From NCBI GenBank assembly GCA_964016885.1, contig OZ024741.1, positions 61,938,001-62,002,000 on the forward strand: a DNA stretch of 64,000 nt. Reading direction: 5' to 3'. The stretch is from Eledone cirrhosa. Its lineage: Eukaryota. The notes beneath the pieces were generated by a model that had not been told where the DNA came from, ran no database searches, and was given only the letters and a program-made list of their open reading frames with translations. Positions within the stretch are counted from its first letter, which is position 1, and each line of letters opens with the position of its first letter. The translations under genes and the position numbers were made by a program. Positions 29,600-40,117 of the stretch are shown here, piece after piece.

Positions 29600-31060
29600 A
29601 GAATCACTACCATCATCCCCACTACCGCCACCATTGCAATCACTATCATCATTGTCACCAACACTACCATCATTATTACAACCATCATCCCCACCACCAC
29701 TACCATCATTACTACAACCATCATCCCCACCACCACTACCATCATTACTACAACCATCATCCCCACCACCACTACCATCATTACTACAACCATCATCCCC
29801 ACCACCACTACCATCATTACTACAACCATCATCCCCACCACCACTACCATCATTACTACAACCATCATCCCCACCACCACTACCATCATTACTACAACCA
29901 TCATCCCCACCACCACTACCATCATTACTACAACCGTCATCCCCACCACCACTACCATTGCAATCACTATCATCATCCCCACCACCACTACCATCATTAT
30001 TACAACCATCATCCCCACCACCACTACCATCATTACTACAACCGTCATCCCCACCACCACTACCATCATTACTACAACCGTCATCCCCACCACCACTACC
30101 ATCATTACTACAACCGTCATCCCCACCACCACTACCATTGCAATCACTATCATCATCCCCACCACCACTACCATCATTACTACAACCATCATCCCCACCA
30201 CCACTACCATCATTACTACAACCATCATCCCCACCACCACTACCATCATTACTACAACCATCATCCCCACCACCACTACCATCATCCCCACCACCACTAC
30301 CATCATTACTACAACCGTCATCCCCACCACCACTACCATCATTACTACAACCATCATCCCCACCACCACTACCATCATTACTACAACCGTCATCCCCACC
30401 ACCACTACCATCATTACTACAACCATCATCCCCACCACCACTACCATCATTACTACAACCATCATCCCCACCACCACTACCATCATTACTACAACCATCA
30501 TCCCCACCACCACTACCATCATCCCCACCACCACTACCATCATTACTACAACCGTCATCCCCACCACCACTACCATCATTACTACAACCATCATCCCCAC
30601 CACCACTACCATCATTACTACAACCGTCATCCCCACCACCACTACCATTGCAATCACTATCATCATCCCCACCACCACTACCATTGCAATCACTATCATC
30701 ATCCCCACCACCACTACCATCATTATTACAACCATCATCCCCACCACCACTACCATCATTACTACAACCGTCATCCCCACCACCACTACCATTGCAATCA
30801 CTATCATCATCCCCACCACCACTACCATCATTATTACAACCATCATCCCCACCACCACTACCATCATTACTACAACCATCATCCCCACCACCACTACCAT
30901 CATTACTACAACCATCATCCCCACCACCACTACCATCATTACTACAACCATCATCCCCACCACCACTACCATCATTACTACAACCATCATCCCCACCACC
31001 ACTACCATTGCAATCACTATCATCATTGTCACCAACATCATCATTACCACCACTACCATC
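29600..31060. repeat. 36-bp minisatellite built from CAT/CAC/TAC triplets
   Basis: caaccatcatccccaccaccactaccatcattacta units grading into (CAT)n simple repeat to ~31320. Confidence 0.95.
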
Positions 31061-31394
31061 ATTAACATTATTATCCGAAGATGATGATGATCATCATCAT
31101 CATCAGTAACATCAGCACATTCATCACCACAATCATCACCATCAGCAGCATCATCAGCATCATCTCTGCAACCATCACAATCACCACCATCATCATCATC
31201 ATCATCAGCTTAACCACCACCATCATCATCTTCCCCATCATCACCACCATCATCATTATCTTCACCATCATTAACATCACCATCATCATCACCATTATCA
31301 TTATCTTCACCATTATCAGTTTTCTCATGATGGCATATGAAGATATAGAGCTAGACAAGGGCAATAAATAGCCAGGGATTGTCCATTATCATAT

Positions 31395-31981
31395 GGGATG
31401 GGGGGGGGGGCGGTGTTTGGAGGCCATAGTATCTAGAATAAGGAAGGGTTGGAAGAAGTTTAGGGAGCTGCTTCCTCTGTTGACAAAGAAGGGTTTCTCC
31501 TTGTGTAAGAAAGGACGGTTATACGATGCCTGTGTGAGATGCGCGATGCTGCATGGTAGTGAGACATGGGCAGCAACTACAGAGGATATGCGATGGCTGG
31601 AGAGAATTGAAGCAAGTATGCTCCGTTGGATGTGCAATGTCAATGTGCGTGAACAACCAAGCATAGATGAGTTGAGAAAGAAACTGGGTATAAGAGGGAT
31701 AAGTTGTGGTGTGCAGGAGAGAAGGCTGACATGGTATGGACATGTGATGCGCATGGAGGATGACCGCTGGGTAAAGAAGTGCCAAGAAATCCCAGTAGAA
31801 GGAAGATTCAGTAGACCACGAAAAACATGGGTGGAGGTGGTGAGAGCATACTTCAGTTCGCTGAAACTCACTGAGGAGATGACAAAGGACCGTGACAAGT
31901 GGAGAGATGCTGTGCTGAATAGGACCCGTCCAACCCTTGCAAGCAGGGAAAAGCAGACGTAAAATGATGATGATGATGATT
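31395..31981 (+). mobile_element. 5'-truncated RTE LINE, second subfamily
   Basis: ORF with GWKKFRELLPLL, MLHGSETW, RLTWYGHVMR, RPRKTW; terminal stem-loop and (GAT)n tail; essentially no 3' UTR. Confidence 0.92.
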
Positions 31982-34910
31982 TAGAGAATTGAAATAAACT
32001 CCCTTAGTTGATGATTGCAGTTTCTCTCTCTAATTTATTTTATTATCGTAAAACTCCATTACATCTATGAATTTACCCTTTTTGATAGAAGACTGCCTGA
32101 AAACGCTCTTAGCTCCATGACAATACTGTCTATTTCAAAGTGTTTATATTAATGGAAAATACTTCTATCATAATTTTTTGTAAGAACATTTGTTAAGTTA
32201 CATTCCAAACACTAACTTAATAATGCAAAAGTTAGCTGTATTAATATATCCCTCAAAAGTTTTAATTATTTACAAAATTAAAAATCATAGACAATGTCTT
32301 TCATTAGAAATATGGTTATGAAAAGGTAAAAATGTTTCTATTTATCTAAAAACCTTTCATCATAATTTTATATAAAAACCTTAAAGTTATGTTTCAAACA
32401 CTAACTTCATAATGATTATTTCTAAAATGAATTGGAAATCCTGATGATGAAAGGATTAAATAAGCTTATACTGCAAGGTTTTATCTATTCATAAATTGAT
32501 TACAATTTCTGCCATCAATGTCAATGTTCAAAAATAGATGTCTACCATAATTCAAAATTATATTTGTACTTCTTTGTTCTTCCAAACAATTCATTGGTTC
32601 AGCCTTCAATTGCCTTCAGATGTTTCATCTTTACATTATTTCTAACAGTGCACTAGAAAACAAAATTCAGTCAAAGCCAGATATGTTTATAGAAAGAGAA
32701 TATGAACTTCTGACTATAAGATTAACTTTTAACATCCTCTAATGATTGAACAGAAACTATATAAAAACAGGATTGTTAATTGAAAGGTTTATAGTATCGT
32801 TCCTAGTGGACAAATTATTGGGAAAACTTGCAATATTAGAATAATAACTAATTCATAATGTGATGCAGTCATAGCATTTCTGTACTTGCTATGAATGTCT
32901 TATTATTTTGTAGCATGTGATTTTAAGAGTTAAAGAACGATGTGTACATTAAATGGTTAGTGTTAAGAAAAGAAACCAACAGTAGAAACTGTGCAAAAAA
33001 ATTGAATTTTATTAGTGAGACATGGTCTTCTGACTTGTCATGGAGGGCTGTATCTTCAAATAAGAACTGGCAAAACATTTGAATAAACTCCATTAATTCA
33101 TTGAAACATTATTGTATTAACCTCAGAGGAATGGAAAGCTAAGTTGATCATTGTGACATTTGAACTTTGAATATAAAAGGTTGTAACTAAAGTTGACAAG
33201 ACATTCTGTCTCCTGCTCTTACAATTCAGTCAAACCATGTCCCTAATGTGATAAAATATTAATCAGTGCTCAAAGTTGATGATGTAAGTTTTTAGTTGTA
33301 AATGAGAACTGCATCTTGCCAAGTTGAAAGTGTGCCAACACTCCAGCAATAGGGTCAGGAGTAGTAGTACCTTTTCCTGCATTTTTCTGCATATATTTGT
33401 TTTGAAATTCCTAGTAATTTTATCCCTTTAACCTTTTCCTGGCCATATCTTGAATAAAATACACCCAATTTCAATTAATTAATGATGCATTTTGAAGGAT
33501 TTACTAAAATTATCATTTTATTACTAAAATGGTAACTTAACAAAAGGTTCTTATATAAAATTATATTAGATTTTATTTTAAATAAGAACACTTTAAAATA
33601 GTTATTATAGTTTCATAAAACCAAAACCAGAGCCATCTTTGGCTTGGTTCGTATCAAAATGGTTGAATCTTTTGTGAAAATTCCATTTTACTTTTGTGTA
33701 TACTCAATGTTTTCTACTGATTTCTATTGCTATCACTGCTACCATCATCATCATCAGCAGCATTACTATTATCATTATCATCATTTTACTCCCTCTTCCC
33801 ATGCTGGCATCGGTTGGATGGGTATGTCACATACAGTGTTAGTTCTTATTGGAAGTTAATACCATTCTAGACAAGCTGGAAAGCCACATCATGTTCCTAT
33901 GTTCCAATATTGGCATGGTTTCTTCAGCCAGATGTCAATATATGGATTGCTACACTTCTAACTGCTGCACAGTGAGCTTCTGCATAGTTTCCATCTACAA
34001 AATAACAGTAGTTGGTCCAAGATTATAGCAGAAGACATTTGCTCAAGGTGTCACACAGTAAGATTGATTCCGTAACTATGAGAGTGTAAAGCAAACATAT
34101 TTACTACACAGCCATGCATCTGTCTTATATATGTTAAATATAAAAGGTACGCAGGATGAAGTATCATGGCTTGAACAAAGTGGGATTTATTAAAATATAT
34201 ACAATGGGGTGTGTAAAAATATGCAGACAGAGATATATACTTCATGTGTGTGTGTGTGTATGTGTGTGTGTATATATATACACACACACGTACACATATA
34301 TAGAGAGAGAGGGGGAGGGAGGGGGAGAGAGAGAAACAGATATAGAAAGAAAGAAAACGAAACTAAGAGAAAGAGAGTGAAGAAAACAGTAGAGAGGAAC
34401 TAAATATATTGAAAACTTAAGAATATAGAAGAAAGATATATGTGTGTCTGTGTGTAGGTGTATGCATATATATCTACGACAACATATATATGTATATATA
34501 TATATTTATGTGTATGTGTGTATGTATGTATGTATATATATATATATATACATATATACATATATATATATATACATATGTAAAAAAAATGGCAACTGAA
34601 AGCAGATCAGGTGTGAGGCACATTATTTGTAAAAATAAAACGTCATGATGAAAATAAAGCAATATTATGCAACATAAAATGTGCATTACTATAATGAAAA
34701 TTGAAATGTTTCGAAGAAAAATACGAATTCTGCAAAAGCAAAACAGATTTCCTATAAAAATGACAAGAAAATAAAAAATAAGTATTGCTATAAAAAAGAA
34801 AGTAATTTGCTATACTAAATTCTAATTCAAAGATAAAGTACAAAGAAGCTACACACATGAACATATATCTGTGTGTGTATGTGTGTGCATGTGTGTGTGT
34901 GTGTCTGTGC

Positions 34911-34967
<57 letters not shown>

Positions 34968-35226
34968 GAGTGTCCCCCAAAAATGTACACACACTTTGAT
35001 TAACTGTACAAGCAATATTTATTAAAATGATGAAGAGTGTATATATTTGTGGGTGTATTTTTAAATATATATATATATATATATTGATGTACACATACAC
35101 ACACATATACACACACAGAGGCAGAAATAGTAAATTGATTTCATGTTGAAGTTTTTCCTCTCTTCACAATATAATTTCTAATATGGGCACACATGACAAT
35201 GAATTGACAATGGAAAAGAACCTGGA

Positions 35227-35360
35227 CAGCTGAGTAAACTGGAGCAATGTGAAATAAAGTGTCTTGCTCAAGGAAACAACACACCACCCGGTCTGAGAAT
35301 TGAACTCACAACCTTTTGATTGCAAGGCCAATGCTCTAACCACTAAGCCATGTGCCCCCA
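35227..35360 (-). mobile_element. tRNA-derived SINE 5' half
   Basis: Reverse complement of ggcacatggcttagtggttagagc...gagttcaattctc...ccttgagcaagacacttt. Confidence 0.85.
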
Positions 35361-35382
35361 TCTATTATATATAAACACACAT

Positions 35383-35708
35383 GGAGGCACATGACTTAGT
35401 GGTTAGAGCATTGGCCTTGCAATCGAAAGGTTGTGAGTTCATTCTCAGACCCGGTGATGTGCTGTTTCCTTGAGCAAGACACTTTATTTCACATTGCTCC
35501 AGTTTACTCAGTGTAGAAATGAGATGATAGGGACTGGGGTCCATATCATTCCACTGCAAGTGGTCGTGGAGGTGCCACGGCAAAAAAGCACCCACCACTC
35601 AGGTTGGTGTTAGGAAGGGCATCCAGCTGTAGAAATCAAGCCAGAATCAGTTCCCGTCCCACCCTTGCAAGCAGGGAAAAGCGGACGTAAAATTATGATG
35701 ATGATGAT
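35383..35708 (+). mobile_element. Full-length tRNA-derived SINE with RTE-derived 3' tail
   Basis: Pol III A/B-box-like head, ccttgagcaagacactt core, tail matching the LINE end at 31925-31981, (GAT)n. Confidence 0.9.
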
Positions 35709-35739
35709 ATATATATAATAAATATATATATATTGTATG

Positions 35740-35930
35740 TGGTGGATTGGCTGAATTGGTAGAGCGTCGGAGCACATGCTTAGTAGCATAGGGTAATGGC
35801 TCTTTATGTTCTGAGTTCAAATCCAACTGATGTTAGCTTTTCCTTTCATGGGGTTGATAAAATAAAGTCCAGTAATGCAAATAAAGTAAAGTACCCCCAA
35901 AATCGTTGGTGTTCTGCCTAAATCAGAAAC
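35740..35930 (+). mobile_element. Nin/Deu-like SINE, diverged
   Basis: ggtggattggctgaattggtagagcgtcgg...ctgagttcaaatcc...gataaaataaagtccag. Confidence 0.75.
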
Positions 35931-36354
35931 TATCATATTACATATATATGATGACAGAAAGAAGGGTGGGGTTGGAAGGTGTCAGAGTTTTGAAGTGGAG
36001 GGAGTTAGGTTATATCTGAATATATATGAATACATTTGTACATGTGTACTTATGTGTACTCTCAGGTAGGAGAGTACATATGTCTGAATGGGGCAGTAAA
36101 ATATCCTTAAATATGTAAATGCATGATCTTGATAATGACAAAATACACCTGAACTGAGGCCTGAATTAGAAAGGCTACTAGTACAACAAATAGTGGATCA
36201 TAATATTTTATTTCTAAAATATTTATCACACTCACTTATTACCACTATTATCATTATCAGTGGATTGGCAGTATCAGTAGAGGGTCGAACATTATGCTTT
36301 GCAGCGTTGAGTTATGCCCCTTTATTATCATTATCATTGTCAGTAGCAGTAGTA

Positions 36355-36570
36355 AGGGCAGTGGATTGGCAGTATCAGTGGAGCATCAGATAGCATGCTT
36401 TGCAAAATATAGCTGTCTCTGTAAGTTCTGAGTTCAAATTCTGCCGATGTAAGCTTTGCCTTTCATCCTTATGGGTTCAATAAAATAAAGCACCAGTAAC
36501 TCACTGGCGTCGATTCAATCGACTTTACCCTCCCCTAAAATTGTTGGCTCTGTGCCTAAATCAGAGACCC
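36355..36570 (+). mobile_element. Nin/Deu-like SINE
   Basis: gtggattggcagtatc...gagttcaaattctgccga...gcctttcatcc; duplicated head fragment at 36258-36325. Confidence 0.8.
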
Positions 36571-36861
36571 TTATTATTATCAGTAGTAGTAGTATTACTA
36601 TTGATATCATCACCATCTTTAGTATTATATTTATTACCTTTATTAACATATGTTTCTATACATGGTAGAAAGAAATATTTATTCAAGTATTCTGCTTATT
36701 TAATAAGTGAAATACATCACAGGATTTTTACATTGCATGCATTAGATCTTTCCACTATCACATCTCTTTATTCTCTCTGCAAGCTCATAACATTATTAGA
36801 TGAAGCTGTTACGTCATTCTATATCTATTTAAACACTTTGCTTGTAATATTTTAAATTACA

Positions 36862-36905
<44 letters not shown>

Positions 36906-37251
36906 CATACATATACTCCAGATTTCCCTGACGGCATGATCCTGATTCCCCTCCCTCACCCTAGAACTGAACATGCAGAGAACTGGAACAATTCTCGGGT
37001 CCTCACCTAGACTTCTTTCTCTTCAAGGCCACTCCCATGAGTCAATACCATAGTGTGATGTCTCATACAGATATTCACTATGCAGCTAATGAATTAGGAT
37101 GAAGAGTTGCACTGCTGCTTCATGCATTCTATACCATTGTGTACAGTATATAATTGTTGCCACGCCATTGCCTTGAAACCTAAGGTAGTGCAATATATGT
37201 TAGGCGTATCATAATGTAATTGTGTGTGTGTGTGTATTATATATATTATAT

Positions 37252-37288
<37 letters not shown>

Positions 37289-37721
37289 GTGGCTTCCTTG
37301 TTCAATCATCTTACCAGGAGCCTGACATTATTTATGAAAGCGGACGGTACTTGATTTAGGAGCCGCAGAAACCCATATACTGGATTTTACCAACCTTCCA
37401 GGGGTCTGGGTAAATTTTCAATACCCGAATTACTTGATCGGTTTTTTTTTTGGCTATCCGAATGAAAGTTTAACCATCGTCTCAGTGTGTTTGGCCTTTA
37501 ACATTTGTTATAGCTCTGGTTCATCTGAATCATTGAGCACTTGCCGCACATCTCGGAGGTTGTTTTTCGTTATTTCGTGGGCCGAAATGCGAATCTCGAT
37601 AATTTATGTTTGTTTTTATATATATATATATATATCTTTAAAATTTGTGTATGTAAATATTGAGCTTGTTTATTGAGAAACACAAAAATCTAACATTTTA
37701 TATGCTTTGATTCCTCACATT

Positions 37722-37762
<41 letters not shown>

Positions 37763-37814
37763 TTTCTGAATTTGTTTAGCAATATTCTTTATCTGAAAAC
37801 GTGTGTTGAAACTG

Positions 37815-38270
37815 ATATTGTTATACTTTGGGAGGGTCATGTTGCCAATAAGAAACACGCGCACCAGTTGCTTTCACTTCAATTTATTATAAATTAAATT
37901 ATAAATTAAAAAAAAAAATTATAAATTTCCGGTTGGTTCTTTCGTCACACATTCTGTGACCTCATCAGTGACCGGGGATTCTTTTCTCTGTTTTGTGCCT
38001 CTCCTTTGTTCTGTCATACGCCATCTTGTTTTTGTATGCGTTGTGTGCTTATTTTGTGCATGTGTTGCATCCAGGTGTCTGTGTGTGTTTTTAAAAGAAA
38101 TTTGACAATATATGAACAACCGTCCAGTTGTGGAACCAACCAACCAACCAAGCGGAAATTTATAATATTTTTTTTTAAATTTATAATATAATTTATAATA
38201 AATTGAAGTGAAAGCAACTGGTGCATGTGTCTCTTATTGGCAACATGATCCTCCCAAAGTATAACAATAT
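37815..38270. mobile_element. Fold-back element with ~125-bp inverted arms and a hammerhead relic in the spacer
   Basis: atattgttatactttgggagggtcatg...ccggttggttc vs its reverse complement ending cccaaagtataacaatat; minus-strand CTGATGA-g-gtcaca/tgtgac-GAAA at 37940-37968; same terminus recurs at 63946. Confidence 0.7.
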
Positions 38271-38291
38271 ATATATATATATATATATATC

Positions 38292-38526
38292 TAGGGCGGG
38301 TAAAATTCCCGAGATACATAGACGAGTTCTCTCCAGCGGTCTCTGTCCCTCATTATCGCAGCTCAAAAGTGACACAGAGGAGACTGAGGTTAGCTGGACA
38401 TTCTCACCGACATCGAGAGGTGACATTCCACTCAGTGCTCCTGTGGGAGCCCCTACATGGACACACTGGAAGAGGAAGACCAAGGTTAACGTATGTTGAT
38501 GCCCTAAGGACAGACACTGGTCTGTT

Positions 38527-38528
<2 letters not shown>
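38292..38528 (+). mobile_element. RTE-type LINE C-terminal fragment (third family) within (TA)n
   Basis: RRLRLAGHSHRH...LLWEPLHGHTGRGRPRLTYVDAL. Confidence 0.8.
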
Positions 38529-38571
<43 letters not shown>

Positions 38572-38603
38572 TACATGGGTGTGTATGATTGTGTATAGAA
38601 GAT

Positions 38604-38994
38604 TATATTAATAAAAGGAATTCTAACTTTGTCTGATTTACTCGTTTTATTTACAATCCTTTAAAATTTATAATGGTATTAGAATGAAATAGTATGGTAG
38701 AATATTAAATGTTAAGTGTTAATTGAACAAGTACTTTCATGCTTTCGCAATCTTCAGGTTCATATTGTGTGGTGACAGTCAAGTTTGCAATTTTCAACTG
38801 TTGAAAATTGCAAACTTGACTGTCACCACACAATATGAACCTGAAGATTGCGAAAGCATGAAAGTACTTGTTCAATTAACACTTAACATTTAATATTCTA
38901 CCATACTATTTCATTCTAATACCATTATAAATTTTAAAGGATTGTAAATAAAACGAGTAAATCAGACAAAGTTGGAATTCCTTTTATTAATATA
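38604..38994. repeat. 391-bp near-perfect palindrome (195-bp arms, centre 38799)
   Basis: Arms are reverse complements with one mismatch noticed (ttctaac/gttggaa); TA-rich ends. Confidence 0.95.
38836..38874 (+). ncRNA. Minimal hammerhead ribozyme motif (mirror copy on minus strand at 38724-38762)
   Basis: tgaac CTGAAGA t-tgc-gaaa-gca-t GAAA gtac TT gttca: 5-bp stem I, GNRA-capped stem II, palindromic AAGTACTT. Confidence 0.75.
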
Positions 38995-39143
38995 TATATA
39001 TGTATATATGTAGATAAATCTACCAAGAGTTTACGGTAGTGTCCAATCCGTATGAAGAACTCAATGTATTCCGGATATCATGGAAAGAAGAGATGTAATG
39101 AAAATCCACTTTCGGTGAAAGATAAACGGTATACAGAGTCAAG

Positions 39144-39553
39144 ATAAAATATTAAGCAAATAATGAATAAACAATTCCTTATATTAAACAAAAAAAGTTC
39201 ATCATTTAACGATCGTTTCTAGGGTATATATGTGTTATAATTGGTATGCATATTCAACAGATCTATGTACAAAATTATACAAAATTATACAAATTATCAA
39301 GATTAAATATACATACCTAACACATATATACGCCGTCTTCAGAAATAATTATTTCTGAAGACGGCGTATATATGTGTTAGGTATGTATATTTAATCTTGA
39401 TAATTTGTATAATTTTGTATAATTTTGTACATAGATCTGTTGAATATGCATACCAATTATAACACATATATACCCTAGAAACGATCGTTAAATGATGAAC
39501 TTTTTTTGTTTAATATAAGGAATTGTTTATTCATTATTTGCTTAATATTTTAT
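39144..39553. repeat. 410-bp perfect palindrome (205-bp arms, centre 39348/39349)
   Basis: ...cgccgtcttcagaaataa|ttatttctgaagacggcg...; arms match out to ataaaatattaagc/gcttaatattttat. Confidence 0.95.
39351..39493 (+). ncRNA. Hammerhead ribozyme motif with long stem II (mirror copy on minus strand at 39204-39346)
   Basis: attt CTGAAGA ...gtatatatgtgtta/taacacatatatac... GAAAC gatc GTT aaat; palindromic ACGATCGT; base of stem II mismatched. Confidence 0.68.
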
Positions 39554-40117
39554 ATATGTATATATGTATATACGGATTAACAAATAATAGTTAAATGCAG
39601 TCCACTTAGGTGAAGTCCAGTTATGGTATTCCAGGTAGTGGATGATATTAACGCTTGGCTTGGTTTGACTCAACAAGGCGTTTTCATAGTGATGCTGCGG
39701 GTATGCTGTAATTCCTATGTTGTAAACACTTGGAGTAATAATAAATCAGGAAAGAAGGTTTACATGGTTTGCTATACAAAAAAGTTTTTAATCACATAGC
39801 TTACATTTGTTTCACTGAGCTGGTATGTCTAGAGATCGCTATCCGCCTAATTTTGCGTCACTCGATCGCCAATACAGAATTATAACCAGTCAGAACTTCG
39901 GAGCATGCGAGAATGAAGAAAATACACAGGCAAGAAAATAAAAGAAAATATGGAGTAGTTATGGCATTCAATTAGAACAATAACAACAACAATTATTACA
40001 ACAATGCTATCAATAAACTATTTAAGGAGACCCTGACATTACTTAGGTGGGGGGTATATAATGTATCTAATGTTACGGCGTGAAAACCAGCTGTCATAAG
40101 GCAAAAAGGTAGTATAA

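Noticed and set aside
29461-31371. Extensin-like (QPSSPPPLPSLL)n and poly-Val/Met ORFs
   Set aside because: Translation of a triplet-derived 36-bp minisatellite grading into (CAT)n; no splice or start context.
35383-35460. tRNA gene-like sequences (also 43046, 57993)
   Set aside because: They continue into SINE core and tail sequence and lack a proper acceptor stem; they are SINE heads.
36915-37210. Possible degenerate LINE fragment between TA tracts
   Set aside because: Could not recover diagnostic motifs by eye.
37815-38270. TG...CA termini suggesting a solo LTR
   Set aside because: The termini are the ends of long inverted arms; no PBS, PPT or TSD seen. A fold-back pLTR or MITE fits better.
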